Assembly: GCA_037200925.1 (NCBI GenBank)
Contig: JBBCGO010000001.1
Location: 447,698 to 511,697 of the forward strand
Origin: Candidatus Doudnabacteria bacterium
GTDB taxonomy: Bacteria > Patescibacteriota > Doudnabacteria > UBA920 > O2-02-FULL-48-8
Direction: 5' to 3'
DNA length: 64,000 bases
Below, piece after piece: positions 39,000 to 49,918 of this stretch. The position numbers and the translations under genes were made by a program. Below the pieces are notes generated by a model, which was not told the origin of the DNA, did not search any database, and saw nothing but the letters and a program-made list of their open reading frames with translations. How positions within the stretch are numbered: the first letter of the stretch is position 1; the number at the start of each line of letters is the position of its first letter.

Positions 39000-41266
39000 A
39001 AACTTTTATTCCGCAGCATTAACTTGACTAGAATATAGCAGAAAGCCAAATTTAAGGCAAAACTGCCGGCCAAAAACCACAACCACTGCCTGCTTGTATT
39101 TACAGGCGTTGGATAGGATAAAACAGGCCCAGCGGCAACTGCGGCAATTTCGTTCGAGCCGCTGACTATGCCGGTGGAATCTGCTTGTGACTGCGAATCA
39201 ACACTTGCGACTGCAAGCCGATCTTGGCGGATCGGTTCGGAGATCGTTGAAGACGTATTAACTTTCTTAACCGGAACAGCGGCTGCAGCCAAAGCTATTT
39301 GATTGGCGGCTCCAGGGGTCAATTTGACGCTCCAGGCGTAAGTGCCGTCCGCAGTTAAATTGTAAGATTGCTCGGGAGGCGCATCCTCGTATTCCACTGC
39401 CGCCACCGAAACTTGCTTGGGATCTGTCAGGCTGACTGTTTCCTTGCCGGTATTGTTGAGCGAAATATTGCTTTCAGATTTAGGGATGACCAAATAGCCG
39501 CTTGCGGGAATTGTAACTGACAACTTATAACTTGTAGCACTGTCAGCTATCTTAAATCCTGTCAGATCCACATCTTCCGCACCCGGGTTAAATAATTCTA
39601 TGAATTCCTCCTGCTGGCTCTTTCTTAATGGTTCAGGAAAAAGTTCGTTAATGAGAATTGAGATCTGCTGCGGTTCTGGTACCGATTCGGACCGGATATT
39701 CGCGGCATTGGGCGTTGGGTCGCCCCAAACCCATTTGCCGTTCACAAAAGCGCAGCTTAGATCTTCTGCGGCATTTTCATACGCCACCGAATCGATCAAA
39801 ACATTATTTTCATTGAACAGACGTACCGTATCGGAAGTGTTATTCAGGCTGAACTTGCCTGCCGGAATGACCAGCACGGCAAAGCCTCCGGGAGAAACTA
39901 TCGGGCTTTGGATCTTGTAGCTTGATGAACCAATATCACTGCCGACCAACCCGTCATCCAGAGTCCAATTATGCAAATATACCGGCTCAGTTCCATTATT
40001 TGTAACCTCCACCCACTCCGCACCGGAATCAGGACCTGCAGGGTTGGGAAAAATTTCATTGATCTTTATCAAAGTTTGCGCAGCCGCAGTAATTCCGGTC
40101 TCGGAACTTTCTATGAATTGATTGGGCTCGCCTTTGGTCGGGAATTGTGTCCAGGCATAGATCCCGTCCGTTTTCAGAGCATAGGCAATGTCAATTTTCG
40201 CACTGTCATTGTAACTGACCTGCTTGAATAAAGTTTTACTCGGCCAAAATATTCTTAAATTATCACCTCCGGTATTATCCAGCACAAAAGCCGAGTCTGG
40301 CAGATCGATGGCCAAATAACTCTTGGCCAAAACGGAAACTCCGGCAGGAATAGTATAGGCGGAAGAGCCGATAGAGCCGTCGGCCGATTCATCATCAATG
40401 ATCCAGCCGCCCAGATCCACATCAGCGGGCGAGTTATTGTAAAGTTCCACCCACTCCGCTCCCGCATCAGGACCGTCCGGATTCGGCAGGAATTCTGAGA
40501 TCAAAATATCGGATGAATAAACCGGCATTGCCTGACCTCCGCCGCCTGACTGCTGCTGATCATCAGCCGGCGGGCTGGGCGGTGGTGGCGGTGGCGGAGG
40601 TTCAGCAGGAGGCGGTTCCGCGGGTGGCGGCTCGGCAGGCGGGGGCTCTACGGTAATTGCCGGCACAGCCGGGCTTTGTGAATTCCTCGGATGAGCGGTG
40701 GCTTGCAGAAAAAAATCAGCGGCATTGTTATTGGTATCAGCGCCATTGCCAAGGTCAGCTCCCGGCATTCGTTCCAGACTCTGATTCGCCGCAGGATTGG
40801 AAGCGAACGCCGATGCTTCCACAAATGCATTTGCCGCCAATCCCCATGCAACGCTATCAATGATGGTGCCCGTATCCTCTGCGCCACTGCGTAGCGCCAC
40901 GCCATTGTCATCCGCAATACTGCCCGTGGTCGCAACATCAGGCGTTGCCGCGATATCCGTAAAAGAAGAATTGGCCCACAAATAAAATCCATGCGGATGC
41001 ACGATCGTAGAGTCAGTCCAGGATTTCAGAGAGGTGTCAGTCGTGCCGGTCTTGGTTCTTTTTACCAGGCGCATGCCGGACAGGTCAATATCGGCTGATG
41101 TGGGATTATATATTTCCACAAAATCATTAGTGGTTTTCCCGGGCCCGCCGGTTGTCTGCACCTGGCTGATGACCAGGTGGTCCGCATCAGCAAGCGCCAG
41201 CAATGGAAAAAATAAAATACAAACGGGAGCAATCATGAAAAAAATATATCGAATTCGCTTTATCAT
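38996..41266 (-). CDS. Surface protein with four lamin-tail domains and C-terminal TM
   Basis: Repeated I(S/N)E..PNP.G.D...EWVELYN; TPG..N; Pro-rich linker. Confidence 0.88.
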   Translation of the reverse strand: MIKRIRYIFFMIAPVCILFFPLLALADADHLVISQVQTTGGPGKTTNDFVEIYNPTSADIDLSGMRLVKRTKTGTTDTSLKSWTDSTIVHPHGFYLWANSSFTDIAATPDVATTGSIADDNGVALRSGAEDTGTIIDSVAWGLAANAFVEASAFASNPAANQSLERMPGADLGNGADTNNNAADFFLQATAHPRNSQSPAVPAITVEPPPAEPPPAEPPPAEPPPPPPPPSPPADDQQQSGGGGQAMPVYSSDILISEFLPNPDGPDAGAEWVELYNNSPADVDLGGWIIDDESADGSIGSSAYTIPAGVSVLAKSYLAIDLPDSAFVLDNTGGDNLRIFWPSKTLFKQVSYNDSAKIDIAYALKTDGIYAWTQFPTKGEPNQFIESSETGITAAAQTLIKINEIFPNPAGPDSGAEWVEVTNNGTEPVYLHNWTLDDGLVGSDIGSSSYKIQSPIVSPGGFAVLVIPAGKFSLNNTSDTVRLFNENNVLIDSVAYENAAEDLSCAFVNGKWVWGDPTPNAANIRSESVPEPQQISILINELFPEPLRKSQQEEFIELFNPGAEDVDLTGFKIADSATSYKLSVTIPASGYLVIPKSESNISLNNTGKETVSLTDPKQVSVAAVEYEDAPPEQSYNLTADGTYAWSVKLTPGAANQIALAAAAVPVKKVNTSSTISEPIRQDRLAVASVDSQSQADSTGIVSGSNEIAAVAAGPVLSYPTPVNTSRQWLWFLAGSFALNLAFCYILVKLMLRNKSL

Positions 41267-41465
41267 AAAATTATTGTAGTCAGCCGATTTATCGGCTATT
41301 AATTAATTATAAAAATGCTATAAACAATTCGCGAGTCCCAAAACCGCATCTGCGAGCGACCGCAATTCCTAAGCCTAGTTTAGGCGGTTGCGTGGCAGTC
41401 TAATCTAAGGATTAGATTGCTTCGTCGCTGCGCTCCTTGCAAATGCGTCATATTCACGTGGAATT

Positions 41466-41762
41466 CTAATCCAAGTCTTCATAAAGATCTTTCCAGTCTT
41501 TGTTAAGACTTTCTATTAATTTTACTTTGTCATTTCGAGACCCTGCTTTGATTTGTTTTTCTCGATTAAGTGCTGACTCTAAATCACTATAAACTTCATA
41601 ATAAATTAATTTGTTGATATTATATCGCTTTGTAAAACCTTCGACCAGTTTTTGTTTATGCTCCCATATCCGTTCTTTCAAACTCTTACCGGTAGAACCG
41701 GTATATAAAACAGTATTTGTATAATTTGTCATTATGTAAACAAACGATAACTTGTCTTGCAT
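41466..41762 (-). CDS. GIY-YIG nuclease family protein
   Basis: VYIMTN..LYTGST..RIWEHK..FTKRY..REKQIKAGSR. Confidence 0.93.
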   Translation of the reverse strand: MQDKLSFVYIMTNYTNTVLYTGSTGKSLKERIWEHKQKLVEGFTKRYNINKLIYYEVYSDLESALNREKQIKAGSRNDKVKLIESLNKDWKDLYEDLD

Positions 41763-41848
41763 AGATTAGATTGCTTCGGAGCAATGCTCCTCGCAAATTC
41801 ACCTAAATAATTCTGACAGGGATAAGATTTTTCGAACATAAAAGCGCC

Positions 41849-42335
41849 TTATGCTTTAGGCGCTTCTTTTTCTTTATCTTCTTTTGTTTCTTTCTCCCGG
41901 GCTTCCCCTGCCAGCTTCTCTTCTTCCGGCAGCTGCTTGTAGAGGGTTCCCATCACTCCGTTGATGAACTTGCCGCTGCTCTCCCCCCCCGAAAGCCTTG
42001 CCCAGCTCCACCGCCTCATTGATCACCACTTTCGGCGGCACCTCTTTGCTGAACATCAGCTCGTAGATCCCCAGTCTCAGGATGTTCCGGTCAATGACCG
42101 TGATCTGCTCCAGCGGCCACTCCGGGGCCGTTTTGACGATTATCTTGTCAATGTCCTCCAAGTGCTTTTCCACTCCGTTTATCAGCTCAAAAATAAAAGC
42201 GGGATCATCGAGCCCGGGCGCAAACTGTTTGACGTTGAATTCCGTGATCGCCAAAAGCGGCCTTACGCGCTCGTTGAAGTCCCACTCATATAAAGATTGC
42301 ATTGCCACCGTGCGGGATAAATGCCTGTTGGCCAT
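41849..42335 (-). CDS. nusB: Transcription antitermination factor NusB (1-bp frameshift in G8 run at 41983-41990)
   Basis: RHLSR..MQSLYEWDF, DRNILRLGIYEL, PPKVVINEAVELGKAFG; G7 would restore ESSGKFINGVMG. Confidence 0.92.
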
Positions 42336-42336
42336 A

Positions 42337-42531
42337 CTACTTCTTTGCTTTCTTGACTTTGACCTTGATCACTTGGCGGCCTTTGTAGTAACCGCAGTTC
42401 TTGCAAACTTCATGGGGCAAAGTTGGAAAATTGCAATTCTTGCAAACCGACAATGCGGATGCTTTCAGATGATCGTGCGAGCGTCTCTGATTCCGGCCCG
42501 ACCGGGTTTTATGCTTCTTTGGAACTGCCAT
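42337..42531 (-). CDS. rpmF: 50S ribosomal protein L32
   Basis: MAVPKKH..RRSH..CKNC..PHEVCKNCGYYKG. Confidence 0.96.
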   Translation of the reverse strand: MAVPKKHKTRSGRNQRRSHDHLKASALSVCKNCNFPTLPHEVCKNCGYYKGRQVIKVKVKKAKK

Positions 42532-42598
42532 ATTTTTTCGTTGAATTATTTAAAATTACTATAGATGTATAACATAAAAGACCATTAGGGTCAAATAA

Positions 42599-42629
42599 AA
42601 CCCCACACCAAAAATTTTGGTGTGGGGTT
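42599..42629. repeat. CCCCACACCAA..TTGGTGTGGGG palindrome
   Basis: Related copies at 32684-32712 and 54010-54111. Confidence 0.75.
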
Positions 42630-42759
42630 AAAAAAATTCTCAAATATCTGTCGGTGAACAGGAGTTTCTGACATTTTGTAAACAAAATTTCAGAATTCAC
42701 CGACAGATAACTGAGAACTTTGGGAAACGGGCGGGGAATGACAGTCGATGTTGACTGAC

Positions 42760-42873
42760 TTACTCATTCCCCTTCTTGCGCGTAACTTTTGGCTTAACCC
42801 ACCAATCCAGCACAAGGCTGGCTATCAAAGCGGGGATGCCGAAGGCCAAAATAACATTGGCTAACTCCTTCAT
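42760..42873 (-). CDS. 37-aa single-TM peptide
   Basis: Manual translation MKELANVILAFGIPALIASLVLDWWVKPKVTRKKGNE; GGAGG SD. Confidence 0.55.
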   Translation of the reverse strand: MKELANVILAFGIPALIASLVLDWWVKPKVTRKKGNE

Positions 42874-42935
42874 ATTGGTGCCTCCAAGTAGTTTTTGAAG
42901 CGGGGCTGGGATCCCGCTTCTTTTGGTGTTTGCAA

Positions 42936-43061
42936 CTACTTCTGATCCTCCGGTAAAAAATCTTCAAACCAGAGATAGATGCGGTCGAGCCAAATGGTCA
43001 TTCGGCGGTAGATGCGCGAAGACGTGAATCTGGGCAGACGAACGACGACGATTGTGATCAT
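42936..43061 (-). CDS. 41-aa hypothetical peptide
   Basis: Manual translation MITIVVVRLPRFTSSRIYRRMTIWLDRIYLWFEDFLPEDQK; GGAG SD. Confidence 0.4.
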   Translation of the reverse strand: MITIVVVRLPRFTSSRIYRRMTIWLDRIYLWFEDFLPEDQK

Positions 43062-43291
43062 GCTCCACTCCGTCAGAAACTAAGTTTCCGGGTTTCCGAA
43101 CGCCGAGTGTACGAGCGCCGCCGGTTCGGGAGTATTCTAACCCTTTTCTCTCTTGCGTTCAAGCAGGAGGAACAGGGTAAAATTACTTTCCGATCCTCTG
43201 GATCCAAATTGATTTGGGTCCAGGGGAAGGGAGCAGGCTGGAAAACGGGTTCAAGCCTGCTGTCTTGGGGTTTGTTTTGGCGGGTTGCATG

Positions 43292-43495
43292 TCACATCTC
43301 CAGCTGGTCGAGCCAGTCCTGAAGGTTCCGCTCAGCCCGCGCCTTTATCTGGCATAGCCGGCATTCCGCGATGTGGTCAAACATGAGACGCTTGACCTCG
43401 CCAAATGCCGAGCGGACGGGCTTGCCGGTCCTTACTGATTCGACATAGTCGGTCACCTCGTCGTCCGTCATGCACCGCTCGCCATGGTATTCCAT
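43292..43495 (-). CDS. Small zinc-finger (zf-HC2/anti-sigma-like) protein
   Basis: RCMTDDEV..DHIAECRLC; GAGGTGA SD. Confidence 0.6.
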   Translation of the reverse strand: MEYHGERCMTDDEVTDYVESVRTGKPVRSAFGEVKRLMFDHIAECRLCQIKARAERNLQDWLDQLEM

Positions 43496-43503
43496 CTCTC
43501 ACC

Positions 43504-43683
43504 TCAAGGTCTGCTCAGGCAGACATTGGCCAACTGCACGGGAAGTTTGTTGCATAATTCTTCCTTGTGCGCGGCCAGATACCCCAGGCCGACGGCGGCG
43601 ATACCTACGGCAATAAAAATGATCATGATGACCAGTAATTGCCTATCGGTGAGAGGCTTCGGGTCTTCTTCATCATTCGTCAT
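43504..43683 (-). CDS. 59-aa single-TM protein
   Basis: Manual translation MTNDEEDPKPLTDRQLLVIMIIFIAVGIAAVGLGYLAAH..; GAGGTGA SD. Confidence 0.6.
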   Translation of the reverse strand: MTNDEEDPKPLTDRQLLVIMIIFIAVGIAAVGLGYLAAHKEELCNKLPVQLANVCLSRP

Positions 43684-43686
43684 GAT

Positions 43687-43905
43687 TCACCTCTTCACGG
43701 GTTGCGAATCGAGCTCGTTTTGAACCTTGCGGCGGCGGATATTGCAACCGGCGCACGGTTTCGCCCTGTCATCCCCATTCAAGTGCACTAATATCCGGGC
43801 GTTGTCTTGCATCGAGAAACCAGTAGCGTCGTCGAAGGTCCTCACACCACAAAATACCTCAATCTCCGCCAATGTGAGACACTTGCCGCCATAGACCATC
43901 TTCAT
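43687..43905 (-). CDS. Small zinc-finger (zf-HC2-like) protein, probable paralogue of 43292-43495
   Basis: YGGKCLTLAEI..VHL..CAGC; AGGAGG SD. Confidence 0.55.
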   Translation of the reverse strand: MKMVYGGKCLTLAEIEVFCGVRTFDDATGFSMQDNARILVHLNGDDRAKPCAGCNIRRRKVQNELDSQPVKR

Positions 43906-44059
43906 AAATCCTCCTAAAACTTTCCGTTTTTTCCGTACAACTCCTCTGGATCCAAATCGCTTTGGGTCCAAGGGAATGGGGATGTCTTTCTTGGGAAGAC
44001 ATCCGGTTAAAATTCATGGCTCAAGACCATGCGCAAGCGCTATGCCTGCGGTTTCCTCC

Positions 44060-44428
44060 TTAATCCTTGTTGGCCACTCGAGTCCAATTGTTCGAGCCGC
44101 AGTTTGTGCAGGTCAGCCAGCCCTTTTTCCAAATGAAAGGTTTTTTGGACTTACATTTGGGGTTGAAGCACTTCCGCAAATCTTCGGAAAGGGGCTCCAG
44201 GGATTTGATCTCCAATGCGCGAATGAGCTGAGGCTCTGAGACTACCTCATGCGCTTCGTCAGAGGAAAAAAAGACGTAATATAGCTCTATCCCCGCGAAG
44301 GAAGTAATCGCCTTGTTCGCCCGGGCCATTACAATAACATCGCCTGCTTCCTCGGTGCCATCGAGCAAGACACAATTGTATTGTGCCTGCTCGTCCCATT
44401 TAATTTCCACATGTGCCTCACGCGCCAT
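44060..44428 (-). CDS. Hypothetical protein with C-terminal zinc ribbon
   Basis: CFNPKC..CTNCGS. Confidence 0.65.
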   Translation of the reverse strand: MAREAHVEIKWDEQAQYNCVLLDGTEEAGDVIVMARANKAITSFAGIELYYVFFSSDEAHEVVSEPQLIRALEIKSLEPLSEDLRKCFNPKCKSKKPFIWKKGWLTCTNCGSNNWTRVANKD

Positions 44429-44465
44429 ATGCGCTAACTGAGCTGTTTACAAAAAATTGCTGACC

Positions 44466-44666
44466 TTAGAATTTGATTTTCGCCAGGATAATGCCCCACA
44501 ACATGAGGATCAAAGCTAAGATCATCATGATACCGAGCATCTCCGGGTAAAGCGGCAAGCCCGTGATCATCAGGAACAATCCGCCTGCACTCTTGTAGAA
44601 CACGAGCATCAACACGACGTAGACAGGCAATGTGACAAGAACGTAGCCGATCGTTTTACGAACCAT
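44466..44666 (-). CDS. Small 2-TM membrane protein
   Basis: Hydrophobic 66-aa ORF. Confidence 0.6.
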   Translation of the reverse strand: MVRKTIGYVLVTLPVYVVLMLVFYKSAGGLFLMITGLPLYPEMLGIMMILALILMLWGIILAKIKF

Positions 44667-45108
44667 GTGGACCCTCGTGCTTGGGAAACTCTTTTGCGGG
44701 AGCTTGATTGCTTGCCCACAACTCTGAATGCTTAGTGAACTTTACGGGGCAAATAGATATCCGTGTTACAACTTTTAAGTATTCAGAATAGTGGGAGCAA
44801 TTCCTTTGTTTTCACAATTGAATGTACTTAACTGTTATAGGTTCGAGACTGATATTCAGTGATTCTCTCTTAACTTTAGTTAACTACACTCGCATTCTAG
44901 AAACAAATTTATTCAATTTTTTCTTTCGTTTTGTTCTTACATTAAGAAACAGGATTCCGATCCTCTGAACTCCATTCTCCGCGAAATTAATGGCGGATGA
45001 AGTACAAGGGAAGAGAGAACTGTTGGCGGGCAGTTCTTTTGGTGCTCTATTGAGCAACCTAATGTTTATTAATCCGGCCGCCAAGCCGTTTTTTTTTGTG
45101 AACTCCTT

Positions 45109-45237
45109 TTATTGTTGCGGGCTGCGGATGAGCATCGCGATGGCACAAATGGCCAAGGCCAGCACGATTCCGGTGAGCGCTATGACGTGCGTGCCGTTCT
45201 GTTCCAAGAACAGCCATTGAAACATTCTATCGTTCAT
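45109..45237 (-). CDS. 42-aa single-TM peptide
   Basis: Manual translation MNDRMFQWLFLEQNGTHVIALTGIVLALAICAIAMLIRSPQQ. Confidence 0.5.
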   Translation of the reverse strand: MNDRMFQWLFLEQNGTHVIALTGIVLALAICAIAMLIRSPQQ

Positions 45238-45273
45238 TCTGTACTTCTTTCTTGCTGTGACAAGGGACCCATA

Positions 45274-45390
45274 TTACCTTACAAAGATAATGATCACTAC
45301 GTCTGCAAACAATACGATGGCAAATATCACCATGGCACAATTGAGCGAAAGGTTGACGTACCCATCAATTTTAGTCCGATTCAGCTTCAT
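45274..45390 (-). CDS. 38-aa single-TM peptide
   Basis: Manual translation MKLNRTKIDGYVNLSLNCAMVIFAIVLFADVVIIIFVR; AGGTGA SD. Confidence 0.5.
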   Translation of the reverse strand: MKLNRTKIDGYVNLSLNCAMVIFAIVLFADVVIIIFVR

Positions 45391-45414
45391 GTCACCTTCT
45401 TGACTTAAACTAGG

Positions 45415-45476
45415 AAAGAACTCGGGAATTATTTCCCTTCCAAAATCTTCTAGCTTTAGAAAACTTAGGAAGAGGC
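45415..45476. repeat. 62-bp perfect direct repeat, copy 1
   Basis: AAAGAACTCGGGAATTATTTCCCTTCCAAAATCTTCTAGCTTTAGAAAACTTAGGAAGAGGC, identical to 46106-46167. Confidence 0.95.
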
Positions 45477-45535
45477 GAGACGGTTATTGACTGTCTCGCA
45501 AACTTCGCACACACGAACTTCCTCCTGTAAATTAT

Positions 45536-46078
45536 CTATCCGCGCATCGCATGAGTCGACCAGTACTCGATTGCTATTGCGAATTGCTCGGCGGTATACC
45601 AGTCAGAATATGTCCCACCGGGTAGGCCCAGCATGTCGCGAGCCATGGCCACCGGATGCATGGGTACCCGTTCTTCGGCTGGACATGCGTCGAATGAAAT
45701 GATCTCCCACTCGTGATCGCCGACGGGCCCGTGATCTTTATCTAGAGAATCGCGGTGACGGATAACGATATCCACCACACCCTTAGCCGGCATCTTCACG
45801 CCGCCGAGTGCGGTAACTACGAGAAGTTTACTCTCACCATCTCGGCGCGCTTCGAAAGTTGCCTTTAAAGGCGTTTCGTCCGTTACTTCGACGACACTTG
45901 TGAAAAACCCTTTTGACGAAACCGGGACATCCTTCTCTCCTTCGCGATACCCGTTAGAAGCGGATTTGAAGCGTTCTTCGACCATAGCGATGAGAGTCTC
46001 CCAACCGCCTTCAAAATGCGAGAACCGCGATTCCGGAGTCTGTCTTTTCACGAATTCTCCGATGCCGATCAATTTCAT
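45536..46078 (-). CDS. DUF3228-like protein
   Basis: FVKRQ..GYREG..LKATFEARR..DIVI..WEIIS..PMHPVAMARDMLG..GG. Confidence 0.7.
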   Translation of the reverse strand: MKLIGIGEFVKRQTPESRFSHFEGGWETLIAMVEERFKSASNGYREGEKDVPVSSKGFFTSVVEVTDETPLKATFEARRDGESKLLVVTALGGVKMPAKGVVDIVIRHRDSLDKDHGPVGDHEWEIISFDACPAEERVPMHPVAMARDMLGLPGGTYSDWYTAEQFAIAIEYWSTHAMRG

Positions 46079-46105
46079 ATCACCCTCACTATTTAGCTAG
46101 GAGCC

Positions 46106-46167
46106 AAAGAACTCGGGAATTATTTCCCTTCCAAAATCTTCTAGCTTTAGAAAACTTAGGAAGAGGC
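46106..46167. repeat. 62-bp perfect direct repeat, copy 2
   Basis: Identical to 45415-45476. Confidence 0.95.
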
Positions 46168-46233
46168 AGGCTTGAAAACGGGTTCAAGCCTGCTGTCTTT
46201 GTTTTGGCGGGATTCCCGATCGATGCACGGGAG

Positions 46234-46521
46234 CTAACGGTTTTGAGTCTGATCGAGAAAGAGATAGGTGCGAAAGTCATCCGACAAGCGCACGTATGGT
46301 GACAGCTTGCGCGCCAACTCTTCAACGTTATCGATTCGCGGCGGCGTGGCACCGATCCAGAAGATCGTGCCGTCCTTCTCTTCGCCGTTCTCCTCGTAGA
46401 TGTCGATGCGCTCGCCGTCTTCATCGATCATGTAGATCTGGCCGAAATACGACTGCAGCGGCGGATCCCATCCGACCAGCGCCTCGGTCTTGCTGTCTAT
46501 CTTCAAGATATACTGGGACAT
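46234..46521 (-). CDS. Hypothetical protein (VGWDPPLQSYFGQI motif)
   Basis: 95-aa ORF with AGGAGGAG SD. Confidence 0.7.
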   Translation of the reverse strand: MSQYILKIDSKTEALVGWDPPLQSYFGQIYMIDEDGERIDIYEENGEEKDGTIFWIGATPPRIDNVEELARKLSPYVRLSDDFRTYLFLDQTQNR

Positions 46522-46982
46522 TCTAACTCCTCCTATTTACCGCAGATTGACTTCATCGCGGCGTAGACCGATTGCTCCTGCTTCGTATCGAGCGAACGAA
46601 GCGGAAGCAACGTCGGCTTCTGGCGGTAGAACTTCACCGCCTGACAGATCACAAGCCACCCGAGAGCGAAGACGATAAATGCTGTCATGCTGACCTCTTT
46701 TTGAATTGAGTATTTTGTTTCGGCGATACTGGGTGCTATCAGGCAAGTAACGGGCTAAAGTTTATTTGACCCCCTTAAACCTGATAACAGCCCAACATTC
46801 GCGGAAACAAATGAGAAAATTACTAATTTCTAATATCTAATTTTTAATGTTCTCTTCTTTGAATCCAAATTGTTTTTAGATTCAAGGGAGAGAGAACTGT
46901 TGGCGCAGTTCGTTGTGGTTGCTACTGATGAGCAACCGGTGTGTAGAACTTGCGGCCGCCAAGCCGTTTGTGACTTCCTCCG

Positions 46983-47378
46983 TTAACCTCGAGTAGCTTG
47001 TCTCTGTCGCTGCATATACCGCTCTTTTCGGTACCGCCGACTTGTCCAAGCAAGCTGAAATTCAACTCGGTTGCTCACTCGAACGACATGGTATACGGCT
47101 TTGAGTTCCAATGCATCATCCTTTCGTCTCAATGCGTGGTTCTCAAAAACCCCGAACTCTTGGTGACCGTTAACCGCGGCCCAGAGGCAGTGTGACGTCT
47201 CGGCTGTCGTGTACGTAAATCCATCATGGTGTTCCGCGAGATACTCGCCGAATGCTTCGGTGGTTTTGAACACGACGCGATCCTTAATGATCTTAACGTC
47301 ATCGCCGTGGATTTCCCGAACGGCCTTGATCTGGCCGAGCGACATCTTCTGACGAGAAACCCAATAAATCTTCTCCAT
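46983..47378 (-). CDS. Hypothetical protein
   Basis: MEKIYWVSRQ..; GGAGG SD. Confidence 0.65.
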   Translation of the reverse strand: MEKIYWVSRQKMSLGQIKAVREIHGDDVKIIKDRVVFKTTEAFGEYLAEHHDGFTYTTAETSHCLWAAVNGHQEFGVFENHALRRKDDALELKAVYHVVRVSNRVEFQLAWTSRRYRKERYMQRQRQATRG

Positions 47379-47607
47379 CTGAACCTCCCCACCTTTTAGG
47401 TGAGAGAAACGAACTGTCATTACTTCCACGATTCTGGGTGCTTAAGCATGATTGCTTGAGGACAAATGTTGATTTTTCCTGCTAAATCAAGATAAGCCCC
47501 CAGAATGGTGGAAACAAAAAATGGTCCCGCAGGACCATTAAATTGCTCATACTTACTCGGTCCTGAACGAATAAGTACTATTATTCATATTGGTAAGGTA
47601 ATAGTCA

Positions 47608-47636
47608 ATTGTACACTTAAATGCCGGTTTTGTCAA
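47608..47636 (-). promoter_or_regulatory. Near-consensus sigma70 promoter heading the small-ORF array
   Basis: TTGACA-17 nt-TACAAT; a second TTGACT-17-AATAAT follows in tandem. Confidence 0.7.
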
Positions 47637-47753
47637 GCCTTATACCCAGCTTTATGTCAATAAAGGCTAATATTAGCCAAAAAAGAAATTATTAAAGGCT
47701 TAGATTGGCCAAAAAGGTTATGCTGGTATGGTTTGATTATAATAATCGAGGAT

Positions 47754-47838
47754 CGAATTTGCGAGGAGCGTTAGCGACGAAGCAATCTAATCATTGGAAT
47801 AGATTGCCGCGTCGGCCTACGGCCTCCTCGCAAATACG
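47754..47838. repeat. Gene-less REP-like palindrome pair (same family as the flanks of 41466-41762)
   Basis: ATTTGCGAGGAGCG..GACGAAGCAATCTA..TAGATTGCCGCGTCG..CTCCTCGCAAAT. Confidence 0.8.
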
Positions 47839-47894
47839 AAAAAGACTAGGCCTAAACCTAATCTTTTCTATTTTCTACTTACTATTTTCTTCTC

Positions 47895-49830
<1,936 letters not shown>

Positions 49831-49889
49831 ATATTTCCTTTCTTGAATAAAAAATGCCCCGAGGCATTTTTTATTTTTTTCGCTGGTTT

Positions 49890-49918
49890 ATTATATAACT
49901 TTACGGCAAGCTTTGCAA
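49890..49918 (-). promoter_or_regulatory. groESL promoter
   Basis: TTGCAA-17 nt-TATAAT. Confidence 0.7.

Noticed and set aside
40555-40650. Pro-rich (and 30890-30920 Gly-rich) tandem repeats as DNA elements
   Set aside because: In-frame low-complexity protein linkers
41983-41990. Phase variation of nusB through a G8 tract
   Set aside because: Housekeeping gene; a homopolymer miscall is more likely and cannot be resolved without reads
46537-46746. 69-aa ORF in the small-ORF array
   Set aside because: TTG start without a clear SD and no recognisable motif; not supported enough to call
42640-47640. Classical integron or prophage
   Set aside because: No tyrosine integrase, no clear RYYYAAC/GTTRRRY attC boxes and no phage structural genes seen
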